DNA of 62,548 nucleotides, filler included, from Sluysia triapertura (Eukaryota): assembly GCA_046118255.1 (NCBI GenBank). It is 5 parts of 5 records of this genome, joined end to end, with 100 filler letters (N's around TTAATTAATTAA, not from the genome) between each part and the next. Parts side by side here need not be neighbours in the genome. Positions count along the whole stretch, not along the records: positions 36,084 to 51,248 come from JBJNIA010236333.1; positions 51,349 to 62,548 come from JBJNIA010187446.1; 3 more parts are not named here. One strand, 5' to 3'. The position numbers were made by a program, and so were the translations under genes. This document shows positions 37,752 to 51,689 of the stretch, piece by piece (positions within the stretch are counted from its first letter, which is position 1; each line of letters starts with the position of its first letter). The notes beneath the pieces were generated by a model. The model worked only from the letters and a program-made list of their open reading frames with translations, was not told the origin of the DNA and searched no databases.

Positions 37752-39404
37752 CGAATATATAAAACATTGTCCAATTAGCACCATTAATAGCAAGAACTTG
37801 TGCAACGAAAAAACAACATCGTTTAATTGTACTGGTTGACACTTAATATCATATGCCTGTCTCATTTCTTCCTATTAATACAGTTACTATTTTTAGTAAT
37901 ACAATAAATATGATATTACGCAATTTAATAACAACAATTATCGTATTTAAATGTCATAATAAATGTCAAATTATGTCATCAAAAATTGTAAAAGTACACA
38001 ATTAATTTTACATCATTATCCGAATTTTGTACCATATATTTTAATAGTTGTAAGATATTTAATTCGCAGAAAAATATTTGGTGAATTATTAATGCTTATT
38101 TTCCATTAACGTTGGAATAGTAATAGGCATAAATTCAAGGTTATGTGTTAGTTTGGTTTTAATATTTATATGTTTAAAATAATTTTAATTCCTTAACCAG
38201 ATATTTCATTTTACAGAGTTTTTCCTATAATTTAATCGTCGTGTCAAATAATTTAATTCATTTTAGCTTTAAATAATTTAAGCATTTTCATTCAGTTTAG
38301 TCTATTGATTTTTGCTATTTAGAATATTGTAATTTAGTGCTTCTATATTATTCAATAAAAAAATCTTTTAAATAAATTGTTAATGAATATTATCTTGGTC
38401 CAGTCGGTGTGGTTATTAATGTGATTTTCGGTAAAGTTAATTCTTGCTATTTTATGATCATCAGTAAGTGGAGGTTTTGCAAGCATTTTTATATTCTCCA
38501 TACTCTTGTTTTACTACAGTTTAGTTCTAAATCTGGCATTATACGAGTTGTACCTTTTCTGCTACATAGAAAGTGCCTTAGGACGGCCCATTTGTTTCCA
38601 TTACTTTTAAAACTATTATCAAGATAACTGGATATCGCATGTCTTGATCTGTTTAACTTTTGGCAATACTTGCATTACTTTGCCCTTTTTTGAGTTAAAA
38701 AATACTATATTGGATGCTTGGGAAAAGATTGAAATAAAAAGTGTAAATACATTGATTAATTCGATGACAAAAAGGTGTATAGAGGTATTGAAAAACTCCG
38801 CAACATCAATAAAATACTATAGTCTCTAAATAAAAGTTTGTGTTATGAATCCTATACTTTTGAAACGAAATTTATTTAACTAAATGCAATATAGTAATTA
38901 AAAAGTACTAAAATTGAAACTATGAATAAGTAACAGTTTATTCGCGTTTTATATATTAAATAGTAATGTTAATTTATTAAAATATAAATTGTGTTTGTAT
39001 ATACAGCAAAAATAGAGGCTGTCAATCAGAATCGATGGAATTTCTAGAATATTTTTGTTTTCGAAAATTAACATTATTTTTGTATTTTTTAGGAGTTTAA
39101 AGGGTTACCATGACAACCAAACACACTTTTACTATGTTTCAACATCCTATCATAGTTTGAAATGATCCGCATGTCCAAATTTTCAAGTCCATCTAAGGAT
39201 GATAATCTTTTGTTTTACTTATTTGATGTGTTGAAACATAATGAAAATAAAAATAATATTTTATTAAAAAATTATTTAGATGATTATTTATCTTGAAAAA
39301 TAACTTGTATAAAACTGTTTGAATAAAGTAATATATTATAGACTGTATAGAAGAAATAACCAGATGCGTTGTAAGCCAGGTAGTCGAAATTAAGGCCAGA
39401 CACA
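37752..39404 (-). CDS. CTNS: Cystinosin (PQ-loop lysosomal cystine transporter), two internal exons: 39404-39305 and 37871-37752
   Basis: (S)VSGLNFDYLAYNASGYFFYTVYNILLYSNSFIQ|EEMRQAYDIKCQPVQLNDVVFSLHKFLLLMVLIGQCFIYS matches cystinosin SVxGLxFD..LN.TG..Y and PV..NDVxFSLH..QC..Y. AG/GT boundaries are phase-compatible. Flanking exons were not found. Confidence 0.88.
38390..38870. mobile_element. Rearranged Tc1/Tc3-like remnant: N-terminal half on minus (38690-38390), C-terminus on plus (38690-38829)
   Basis: Minus: GQSNASIAK..LNRSRHAISSYL..GRP..KPPLTDDHKIARINF..DWTKII. Plus: ELKNTILDAWEKI..LINSMTKRCIEVLK..IKY. Confidence 0.75.
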
Positions 39405-40466
39405 CTAAATAAAAATTATAATTTAATTTATATATAATTTATTGGATTATATGTTATTATTTATGATTATTGTCAATTTTAATTATAATTGTAATAAACT
39501 ATCATGGTTAACGACTTTCTGAGGCGTGCAAGCAAAAACAATACATAAATGTGTAACAATAGTGATAATAATTATAATAAAATGAATTATTTGTTTGTCC
39601 AATCAGAACAAGTGTTAATTTATTGGTCTGTGTTAATTGATGATAAGTCTAAAGGTGTTCACTAAACTTAACATTTTAACTACGAGTGTATATTTAACAG
39701 GCAAGCTGCTCATACGCAAAAAAAGCAAAGAAAAAAAATTTTGTTTTAGAACATTATTTTAGCAAGAATAAAATTTAAAAACGCATTCTCTTGCATAATT
39801 CTTCTGTAAGTTGACCTTCTTGAAATTTGAAACTGTCTCTATGTCTATTTTTGTGTAAAATGTTTCATTTTAACCTCCTAGTAGAAATTGTACAGTGAAA
39901 CAACTTCCATAAAAAGAACTTCTAAAATGTAATATTTTCTCTAACTTGATTATTATTTTTGGTACAAAATAGAAATTCGACTTATGTAGATGTATATTTC
40001 TACAACTCATATTCTACAACTACCTTTCTCCTTAAGTTGAACTTCTTCAAATTTGAAATTTTTTCAATACTTATTCTTTATAATTAGACCAAATAGTAAG
40101 AGTTTCTATGAAATCGGATATTCATAACATAGATAAGCGACACCAATTCCGGGAGCAATTCATTGACGATAGCCGTAATTAGAGGGTTAAAGTAATCGAT
40201 GAAAAGATAATAATTTCATGTAAAATGAAATTCAAACTAGATAGGATTAAATAATTAAATTAACATCTTTATTTCATACAAGCACACTTGACAATCGTGA
40301 CAATACTTTTCAAGTGTTGAGTTGAAAATCGATAATATCTTGTATCATAAACATTTCACACATTTTCATTTCCATCACCTTCGATATCAATGTAATGATA
40401 AACACAGTACTTGTAATAGCATCAAACTATAGGCATGATTATTACTACTACTACTACTACTACTAC

Positions 40467-40526
<60 letters not shown>

Positions 40527-42447
40527 GCAAATATTTTAGTCCGAGTCTAACAGATCCAATATTTAGTACAAATATGTGAATAGATATTTAAATATAATAA
40601 TATAATAATACGAGAATAGTACTTTATTTATTAATAGTTAAATATTTTAAATTTAATAATTTAAGTAGTACCAAAGTGAAAACCATTTTTAATATTTAAG
40701 TTCATGAAGAAAAGTCATTCTATCTTACATAAAGGAGATTTCTTGTTACAAATATTGTTAAATCTAGTTTGAAGTAGCTTCTTTGTCAAAATATGGAACC
40801 AGTTATTAGAATTTTCGTTTTATATAGTGCTTTTAAAAAAAATTTAATGATTTTGTAACGGCTATTGTAAACAAGCCGCTAAAATTTTTTAAAATCTTGA
40901 TGTAACAAATGAAAGTATTTCCCCAATTGTTGTACATTTTTATGACAGTTATTTAGAAATTAATTTATATCGAAATCCACCCACAATTCTAACTTAAGCG
41001 TACATTTTTAGAATCCTATTTTAAATAAGGAGTCAAACTCGAAAGGGATTTTAAATTTACAAACTTAATCACTATTTACTTTTTTAAAGTCATATTTTAA
41101 ATAAGGACATAAATTATTATTTAATTAAACATGTTAAACACAAGAAGTAAAGAAATTTAACGAGTCAAACTCAAACCAAATAGAATTGAATTGTAAATTT
41201 GATAGTCAAAGTTACAACAAAGACAAAGTGTATTTACTTACAACATAAAATCTTGCGGATGAACCATTAAGTTTGTACGTTTCGAATCACAGGTAAACTC
41301 AATGACGATTGTAGGTAAACACATATTTAGCAAAATCGCACCTTCTATTCATAAGAAATTAAAGACGTTAGATAACGAATTGTGTAACAATAAAGAAGAT
41401 TGGTATTAAATAATAACTGCATGAGTCTATCGAAATTTTAAATAATGATTGTATCTTTTATATTCTTTTGAATTTTATTCGGTGATCAAATAATAAGAGA
41501 AAATTATTCGTCTTTTGCAATTGAGTCGAATTTATGTTAAATTTAATGAAAATTAAAAATTTTTATAATAGAATTTATGCTTGAATTGGCTTTTGTAAGA
41601 ATATATTACATGGAGCCCTAAGATCGAGTATTTGTAACAGATGTGAATATTTTTACAACCCCTTAAGAGTTACAATTAAAACAAATTATCAAACACAAAG
41701 AGTAATTTTATACACCGAAGAATATCCCAGTAGGATTAAATTTATACTGATTAAAACTATATAATTTAATTTTTTAAATTTTATCAGCGATCCTTATTAA
41801 ATGGATCGGGAAAATATGTTAATTTTTTAATATCTGGACAATAAGATTACAAAATATGTATATTAACTTAATTAACAATTTATAGAACAGTATTATAAAA
41901 AATAATTAATAATCTAATAATACAAGTTTATACAGTAATGATCAAATATTTTACAAAATTATTATCACGCAGAGTAATAATTTTTTAAATGTTTATTTTA
42001 TAATAAATATCAATAATAAAGAACCAATTCAAAAATAAATTTTATAAAAGTTAAGTCTAATATTATGCACTTTTAAATTAGTGTAAAACTTAACTTTCAA
42101 AAACTAACGAATAATGCACAATAAAAACGGGACCTTAGTTAAAGATTTTGTAGTCTTTGATAATACTGCACAATAGAAAATGCACGAAGATTTATATTTA
42201 TTAATATTGACGACAAATAGAAAAATAAGTTTCAAGAACCAGATTTTATATTCGAAACATGAAATATAAAGATGCAAATCCTGATTTGCTAGTCCTTCTA
42301 TAAAAGGAAACAATTCAGCTCTATCATAAAACAATATGGCTATGAATAAATGAACTGTGATTGGTTAAACAAAATGTAAATCGTACCATTGTATTATGTA
42401 ATAAATTCAAATACTAAATTAATTTAGTAATAATAATTTATAGAATA

Positions 42448-42519
<72 letters not shown>

Positions 42520-42897
42520 TCCAATAAGGCTACACCTTTAACTAAGGAAACTTGGATTATTAAAGTATAAGAAACAAATAATTTAATTATGATTACAATA
42601 GGAAATATTGAACGGAAACCTCTGTAAATGATACATTACATATAATAATTTTAGTAGCAAAGTTTGGCTCAATAGAACAAAATAGAGTATGAATGAATAA
42701 ACTTCTCTATATAACGGTTACGATTAAACCCCATTCTTGCAGTACCGTATTTTACATTTTGTATACATATTATTCGTCCAACATTGTATTTCTTGATTTA
42801 AACGATTTACAATTAAAAACAATCGACAAATTAAAGGCAAAATAAAATTTTTCTTCATTTATTAACCACAAATAAAAAACATGAATAAAATTTTGCC

Positions 42898-43499
42898 TTA
42901 AAGTTTCAGGGAAGCAAGGAACAAAGAATATATCCCGGCAATCTCTTGTTTAATTTCATTAATTGTTAGATTACAATCAGCAGGAAAAGAATGAAAGCAT
43001 TTCAACTCATTTAGTTTGTTTATCATCCAATCATTTCACTAAGTCAACAAAGATTCTGATGTACTTTTAATTTCGTTTATAACAAGATCATAAGATAACG
43101 CAGCATCATTGCCATCTCTTAATAATTTTATCAAACTTTTAATAGAACTAATATCTCTTTAATACGTCTCTATTTTGCCGAATGTAGCTTTACTATCATC
43201 TTCATCAGATTGAGACAATTTCTTCTTCCATTTTCATTGTCAAATTTTAAATGTCATTTATTATTTCAAAAAATGAGACTTATTATCTCCATACAATGTA
43301 TGATGCACATCAGACATTAAGATGCCTTCAGTATTATCGAATTTACGTTTCGAATGCTTACATTGTGTTTATTTCTTCGATATTCAAAAACCGGACTTTT
43401 GATGAAATCTTTTAGTGTTACTTTTGCAGCAGCATGAATTGCGTCGTATTCACAACTCAAAGATAATTCACGTTCGCCATTATTCTGTAAACTTGACAT
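42898..43499 (-). pseudogene. Intronless decayed ORF, unknown family
   Basis: A 60-aa ORF continues past stops and a frameshift into KWKKKLSQSDEDDSKATFGKIETY*RDISSIKSLIKLLRDG..WMINKLNELKCFHSFPADCNLTINEIKQEIAGIY; protein-like composition. Confidence 0.4.
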
Positions 43500-44249
43500 A
43501 AAATTAGACGAAAATAAAAATTTTCAATCGAAATCAATTATTCAGTCTTTTTATTTTAAAAACGCTGCATCTTCCTAGATTGTTTTCCGATCAATACTTA
43601 AACAAAAAAATATTTTCAATATAAACGAATAATTTTTTATAAATAGTCGATAATTTTCGAGAATAATCAAATGCGAAAAAAGAGATGTAAGAGATTTACA
43701 ATCACTCAGTTAGGAAAATGAAAGAACTCATAAAACGTTACATAACAATTCCTGTATTCGAAAAAAAACGGTTTACTTCAATTGATCAGCAAAAAATATC
43801 ACAAGCTTGGATAGTACTTTTACTAGGATTTAGTATAAATAATTTGATTGTATTTAAATTTATCGTAATTTAAATATTAATAATTTTGTAATATTTATAA
43901 TTTTTATTTGATGTATTGAGATGATAATGTGTAAAGTATGCTTATTAATGATTTATCTATGTGAGTAGTAATAAACCTACAACTAATACGACAACAATAT
44001 ACAATAGACAAGTAGAGATAGATAAGAGAAAGATTTTCGCTATATTACTTTTGATGTTCAATATCTCTGCTAAGAATACTTAATTTATAAATAGTTTTGT
44101 ATTTTATTATCTAATTATACATTTTATTTTTCTTCTAAATTCAGAAAAATGCATTTCAATCGATGTTCAATATGTCAAAAAACAATCGATAAATATTTAA
44201 AATGCATGTTTCATTTCAAATATATCGTTACTCTTTTCATTTCATATTT

Positions 44250-45263
44250 GCAGAATATATGATCAAAGAAATATAGATCTTACATAAATAAACACTTACG
44301 CAAGTGAAAAATTACCTACAGATATTAATAAGCAGCAAATTGAACGACAGGAAATTTCACTAATATTGTAAAAAATAAAAGACAGACAGTAGATATACCA
44401 CCAGTGGAATCTCATCTAGATCAGGTGCATCCTCAGAAACACAACCGTCGTAGGAGACAAATAAACTATACTTAAAAAGGAAAGATTAAATCTGCTTCAT
44501 TTCCAACATCTTCAGCTTTCTCCAATCCTCAACAACTTACAAGGTTTCCATAAAAAGATAGTCCCATTATCATAGCCGCGACTAGAGAAGTCCTTAAAAT
44601 AGCTATTTTCGTAGGAATCACGTTGCTCTTTTTCTCATATCGATAGTAATTGTAACATTAAGATCGAAGTTTATTATTTGCGATACTTTTTATATCACCG
44701 GAAGTCCCTGGAACATGTCCCCACGCCCTTATTGTACGAATTAGATGAGCATAATCTTTAATAATGCAAGAACGTGTAACCTTTACTCACATGCCACACT
44801 TTTCTATGCAAGACAAAACTAGACATCTTTATAACTGTACAGATTGGAACAGATTTCGACGAGCATGTTTCATTCAGACGAAATAATTTACTTATGCATA
44901 ATGTACAATGATCGTGGTCTAAAGGAAGAAAACTTAAAAGATATCTCAGATATCCATCAATATTGGCTTACTTCTCTTCGACAAAATTTTAGTTGCCTTC
45001 TTTCCAGATTTAATCAGACACCATACGGTTGGCTGCGAGGAATAGTGGACCTCACATGCACAAACTTAGTTTCCCATGAATCCTTTAACCATATTCTTGG
45101 AACACGAAAGATGATGAAACTCTTTTATTCTTTTCTGCTGCATGTCTCTAACGCACGACAAACTCGGGACTTTATTGCTCTTTTCGATGTCATTACTACA
45201 AGACATTGGATTGCCACTAAAATCACTAAAAACATACAATGCAAACGAAAAATAGTAATATAA
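44250..45263 (+). pseudogene. GC-elevated decayed coding-like segment, unknown origin
   Basis: The 139-aa ORF 44844-45263 is preceded by broken frames (YYLRYFLYHRKSLEHVPTPLLYELDEH; RHLYNCTDWNRFRRACF). No motif recognised. Confidence 0.3.
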
Positions 45264-45533
45264 TAGTAATTAATAATCTAATAACTGAGGCCTTCTCTGA
45301 TTGTGTTCATGAGAACTTGTTTATTATATTAACAATTTTGTAAACCTTGTAATAAATGTTTTCGAGTTAATGATGGTAACTTTAGCTTTTGTAAAATAAA
45401 TGCTCGCTAGTTGTGCTAGTTGTGGTGTCACGCCTATCTTAATAATTTCGTCACCCTCAAAATTGATAAAATTTCATACTCAACCTATTCACTTCACTGT
45501 TACTTCCCCACATTAAAACAGAAACGGTCAAAC

Positions 45534-47150
45534 ATGGAGCATTGGAAACGCAGATTAATCTTCGAGACGCGCAACTTAATGTTCGTGTCGAAGTACTGGC
45601 CAGTAAGCTTTTTATTGATTCAAATTTTAATTTTACGGCAAGGATTCATGTCATACTTTTTATGCGTTATTATTCTTATAAAAACTTCACATTTGTTTGC
45701 GAAATAGATGAACCGAGTCTTCATTTTGTTTTATATTCTTTAATCAAAAAGTTCATTCTTGGTCTTTATTTTGAATCCGATACATTTGATACAGACCTTA
45801 GGTCCAAGTTTTGTAAATTAATTTTAATTAATTTCATCGAGACATTATTTAAATTATTCTTATGTTATAGTAAAAGGCACCTCCTAATTACTGATTTTTT
45901 AACACACATTGCACAATATGACACTTGACTCCTGCACTAGTTTCAAATTTAAACTTAAAGAAAAAATTAAGTGCATTTTTGATCTGTTTGATTATAATTA
46001 TCCGGTATAATTATAATTATTTGGATTATAATTGGAATTATCTGTCATGACTTTGAATATTGGCTTGTTTTATTTGATCATATTGTTTCTGTTTTGATGT
46101 TGCTTGACTTCTTTTGTAATTCTAGGTTGCTGTGATTCTTTATTAGCTTCGATCGTGTATCATTATGGCTAAACTTACGGATTCCCTCGATATGGTTTGG
46201 AAATATGGTTTATTAGTGGTGGACAAATATTCACAAGTTGTCCATTTAAATTCGAGTGGGGAATCGCTCCTAGTTTAAGAACTTACATCACATATTCAAC
46301 AAATTAAAACTTACATTTATCATTAATGTTTAATAATTATAATTATAATAATGATAATAAATTATTCATATTAAAATTTAAAGTAATCTTAATTGTGAGT
46401 ACAATAATACAGTATCATTATTTATTATCATCACAATCACCAATGTTTTATTCATTAAAAACATCATCAATATCTATAGTCAACACCATTGTCATTGTTG
46501 TGTATCGTCATTATTGAATATGTCTATGTGAGAGCCAATGAAGTTTGAATTAGTTTCATATGATGTTTAATTCAAGCTCCATTGATAGCATGTACCATGT
46601 GTATGATGAATAAAAATTTTATAACATTTTTAATGCAATAATTTTTCAAAGTTTTTTAAATGTAATTTGAGTACTAAATATGTTCGAGAGTTTATTAATC
46701 TTATTAAAAGATCATGTTTATTTTCGAAATAGGAAATCATGAAGCGCCGCTTATTAGACTTGAGAGATGATGTTAGGTGTGATTTAAATGAGTCAAACGC
46801 TTCTAAGTTGTTCGAGTTACTATTTCAAATGATATTCACCTATCTACAATGAATATATCCAGTTTTACTAAAAATAACGCTTTAATTAATTGTCTGAAAA
46901 TCGTACTTTTGTTACAGTACGCCTCATCTTTCGAGCACCAAACACACTGTCGGGTAATTAGTCGAGAAGTGAAGGCATTGATGCACTTTAAACATGAAAA
47001 CGATATTGCCATTGAAATTTTACCTACTGCTGATAAAAAGGAAGATATGAGAAGCCTTTATAATGTTCAAACATTGATGGAAGCAAATATTGCATAAATT
47101 ATGTAAATCAGAAACGGAATCTAACACGTGTTATTTTCTATACTAGATGT
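45534..47150 (+). pseudogene. Two related decayed ORFs (45534-45928 and ~46739-47150)
   Basis: Both begin KRRL..LRD....ASKLF followed by a hydrophobic helix; both need a frameshift. Confidence 0.35.
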
Positions 47151-47895
47151 TGCGAGATTTAAATGTTAATAATTAAATAAAAAAATTCTTTGTCATAATG
47201 ATATATGCTGATCAAGTTAAGATATATAGATATATCAATGGGTTTACATTTTAAATTAGAGTGCCAAATTTGAAATTAATATCACTAAGACCATGAACAT
47301 TCAAGTATACCTTTAATCAGAAATTGAAATAAATGCTTGCATGATCCTAATAATTGCTCTTAAGGATCATATAAACCTTAAGCATCTTTTCCAAAAAATG
47401 TGACCTTATTAAATATGTTGTATACAGTTAAAAAAGTAAACAATGGATATGTATCTAAAATCTAACTTCAACATAGTTTGTAAATTTAAAGTATTTGATA
47501 TTTACAAACATGTATGTTCTTTTTAATTGTTACGAAGTTATATTCATTCTGGTATCCCCATATCGAATTAAAAGAAACTAGATTGTATTCATGGAACAGT
47601 ATATACAATTGTTTCAGAGAAATTTTACAATAAAAAAAAGCTAATGATAACAAAGAATCGCAAAGAAAATACAGAAAATTACAATAGAATGGTCAATAAT
47701 AACAATGATTTCAGATTAAATACTAGAATGGTAACAGATACTTCTAAAACAATCCGATTACAATTAAAACAAATAATTTATAATAATTAAATAATATTAA
47801 CGAGTTTAATACTACTATTAAGACATTACTTGCGGACTTAATAAGTAGATGAATGCAAGGAAATTAAAAGTGATGGCAATATAAATTAAACTAAC

Positions 47896-49521
47896 AGCAT
47901 ATGTTCCTAAATTGACATTGTCTATTTCTCTAAAACAATAACATAAACAATAGATTCATATGATTAACAAAACATACTTCGATAAAGCTGTGAATGCTTT
48001 GACCATCGTAACTCGTACAAGATCGTTATGCAGTCCGTCTATAAGTACTCTTAATGATTCATCGATTTGACTGGGTTGAAGATAATTACCAAGGTGACAC
48101 AACATACAACACCTGAAACGATATTTCAATAATAATGTTTATTTGTTCTTTGTAAATAAATTTATATTTATATAAATATTAGCTACAAAAAATACCCTAC
48201 ACCAAATAAGAACAAATAAGACCTTGAGTCATAGTATAAGATAATCTTTCAAAAAATCTATCAATAAACTTAAAAATTTAGAAATATTAAAAACCTAAGT
48301 GCACATTTCCATATTGAAACTTACAAAACAGCGGTACATGGCCACAGTGAGAATTAAATGTGTCAAAAAAGAACAGCAATGGCAATATTAAATAGAATAT
48401 TTATTTTATTGAACGCGTGATCAATTAAAATAACCAATAAAAAGACATTATCGAATACAATTTGTAACTCATTTACCAAATATTTTACCGAAGGTCGAAT
48501 CTCGTGAAAGATATTACAATTGGCGGTTACTTTTGATTGTAAGATTCACGAAAATTAAAATTATTCATTAAAATATACATGTGTCAATCTTCGTTTAAAA
48601 ACTCTCATTTCTACCCTGACCAGGAACTAAAAGTACTTTGACTCGGAATTAAAGCAAATATTAAAATAAATAGAGATGTGTAATTATTCGACCGAATGCG
48701 AGTTAATTTATTTCGATAGCGTTAGAATATTATTTAAATTTCAAAAATGTTGTAATGAATGATTTATCTTAAGCAATTTTGAGCAATATAATGAAAAATG
48801 TATAAGTAGAAGTAGCAGAAATAATATCAAAAGTGATAAAATGCGAGGAACCATAAAAAAATATGTGCAAAAAGATAAACATACATACAAGAAAATGTAC
48901 AAACGATAATAATATACAAAATTTTAATAAATATAAATTATTGTGACTGTGTTTATATTTTGTATGAATTTAGTAATTTGTTTATGTAAGAAGTGTCGAT
49001 TTATGTTGATGATTGTCATGAGTTAGATTTGGAGTTCACTACAATATCTCGTTTTAAATCCCCCATTCAAATTATACAAGTTAACAAAAATAGTAATATT
49101 ATACCGAATAAATATTAAATCCATTTTAAGCAGAAATTTGTGTATGAAAATGGAACAGAAAGCAAAGTTTATTTTAAAGTTTTGTATTAAATATGGAACA
49201 ATTATTGGCTGTCTAGATTTTCGACGATAGCAAGTTCTTAGATCTACAACATACATACATTAAAAGACCTTACAATATATGCAATATTGGTAATGATTTT
49301 CAATATCAAAACAGATTAAAAAAGTGCAAATGACACTAAAATAATAATAATAATAATAATGACACATTTAGCATAATAGATATTGATAATAATAAATGTC
49401 ATAATTAGATAATACACGTACATTGTATTGATCGATTTTTCTTTAATTTCGAAATCAGTATTGGGTGTTTTCAATAACTGATATAAGTGACTGTATATCT
49501 GCAATATCGTATCGACATGAT
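47896..49521 (-). CDS. CAND1: Cullin-associated NEDD8-dissociated protein 1, internal exons 49521-49422, 48112-47978, 47929-47896
   Basis: HVDTILQIYSHLYQLLKTPNTDFEIKEKSINTM|CCMLCHLGNYL..SLRVLIDGLHNDLVRVTMVKAFTALSK|EIDNVNLGTYA parallels CAND1 [43 protein letters not shown]. Phases are consistent. A further possible exon pair lies at ~42340-42134. Confidence 0.85.
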
Positions 49522-49659
49522 CTGAAATAATTAAGAAATTATAATAATAACTGATAAACATAATCGAATATTTTCTGTTTAATGAAAGAGCCGTACAGGT
49601 GCATTCATAGAAATTACCTAAATTTGTAGTTCAAAAATGATATCAAAATATAGTCAAAA

Positions 49660-49780
49660 ATAAAGGAGAACCAACTGAAAGGAGTTGAATCTGTTGAAGA
49701 AAGGACATTATCATTATATCATGAAGCGAGTAGAGATGCTTGTTTACACTTAGGCTTTTCTAATAATCAGTAACATGATT
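49660..49780 (+). mobile_element. Possible Helitron Rep-Hel fragment
   Basis: SRDACLHLGF resembles the Helitron (T)xREACxxLGL motif; very short. Confidence 0.25.
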
Positions 49781-50323
49781 GTGGTGTAAAATAAAAATTT
49801 TTAAATCTACAAACTTAAAATAAAATGTTAAAATGTGGAATTATCTCAAAATGTCCTAAATTCAAAAATAAATGACGGAGAAAAGTAGAAGAATACATCT
49901 GAATTTAATTAGCAAGTTTATAAGATTACAAACTTAATGAAAAACCTATAATTTCATTAAGATTGAATTGTTATTTTATTGTCGCAACTGCCAGATCACC
50001 ACCACAATCATGGTGTAGACAGTGCTAGTCCGTGTATGTGGTGATTTCTTGTCGACGTACCGATGGATAAGGATAACTAAAAATATATTTTATAAATTAA
50101 TAGAAAGTTCTCTTTGGTTGTGCTCAGAAGATTTTCTATGTTATATAATCAAATTTTTACTTGTTACGAGTGTTTTTATTTAGTGATCCTTTTTCTAGTT
50201 TTGATCAGATAAATAATCATCATTGTTGTATCGATCTCAAAATTTAAATTTAATTGTAAAATAAAAGTCAGGTGCCTTTAGTACCTTTCTATTCTAGTGT
50301 TAGAATGATAAAGATAATATATA

Positions 50324-50450
50324 CAGTGGTGGCGAAATTATTAGACTAAAACAGAAATGCGTTTTTCTTTGGTTTTCTTAATATTTGCTTCCCTGGCCTG
50401 GACACTTCCAGATATGAAACCGATAGAAAATTTGTGGGAGATCTTAGTGA
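50324..50450 (+). mobile_element. Tc1-like left TIR plus deleted transposase fragment
   Basis: TA|CAGTGGTGGCGAAATTATTAGACTAAA, then WP..PDMKPIENLWEIL (DD34E third-acid motif). Confidence 0.8.
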
Positions 50451-51689
50451 TATTAGCGATACAATTAGTGATATTATTTGAATTTTTCGTTAGGGATCAT
50501 CAATAAAATCGATAAATATTTTAGTTAACGAATTTACTGAAGTGCTAAAAACAATAACTATTCTCAGTAGCAAGATCAATGTCAACCCTTATCACTTCAA
50601 CCAACAATGATACTGCCAACTATTAGTATTTGCAATGTTACTATTATTGTTATGATTGTGTTTATTCACTATTTAAGAACTTTTTATTTATTCTGTTCAT
50701 CGATAAATTCTACTCGGAAGAGTTAATTTATACTTTCCTAAATAAAGATATATTTTTTATTTTTCAGAAAGTTTGATGTAACTCGCAACAATCCAATAAA
50801 AATTCGCTTTCAATGGGTGCTATACAAAATATTATTAATCATACTGTTAGATTTATTTATTTTTATAATGTATTTATTTTCAAAAATTCCATAGACTCGT
50901 AACAACTTATCCGACCGTTAAATATGTCTTATAAATGGATTGGCAAAATACTTATTATTTCTCTTTCTCAATCTATATCTGCTAAATATTAAATGTATTA
51001 TCGATATTAAGAGATCGGAGTTCTCATACTCGTTCCGATGTTCGGGAATGGAAGCGCTAATGGTTGATCTGTCAAAAAGAAATTCTTTATAGCAATTTTA
51101 TCCTCAATTTTCTTGTAATAACAAGACAAACAAATTAACTAAGCTATTTATTAATGATTACCAAAAATAAAAATTTTTGTTATAAAATTCAATCCAAAAT
51201 AAAATACAATTACTCACTTTTATATAATCAATTATAGGAAACACTGTTNNNNNNNNNNNNNNNNNNNNNNNNNNNNNNNNNNNNNNNNNNNNTTAATTAA
51301 TTAANNNNNNNNNNNNNNNNNNNNNNNNNNNNNNNNNNNNNNNNNNNNTTTACTACATCGGCAAATAAAGCTGCAGAAAAAGGAGAAAGAAAAGAAGCTA
51401 TAAGCTTTGTTGTTCGAGGTATGCAAGTTATGTTAAATGTTCAAAACTTTAATTATTTACTGTTTGTTTTATTCTTGCTGAAAAATTTATATCTAATATA
51501 TCTTTTTATAAACGTTAATGTTTTAATAAATCTTGTCTATTTAGATATTTTAATTATATGTTTCTTGTTAATCATTTCGGGCCTTAAGCCCTTTTTGTTA
51601 AAATTTAAATTAAAATTAGTTAATTGTTTTGTTTTAACTAAATTTGTCTTTTTAAAGTTAAATATTTATAAAATAAAAAATAAAAACAA

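Noticed and set aside
39106-39119. RFX X-box-like GTTACCATGACAAC
   Set aside because: Lies inside repeat-like intronic sequence of the cystinosin gene, not near a gene start.
9027-43499. Possible stop-codon reassignment suggested by many in-frame stops in gene-like segments
   Set aside because: All three stop types occur together with frameshifts, while the intact genes (TDP1, Ig protein, EF-hand, CTNS, CAND1 exons) have none; consistent with pseudogene decay.
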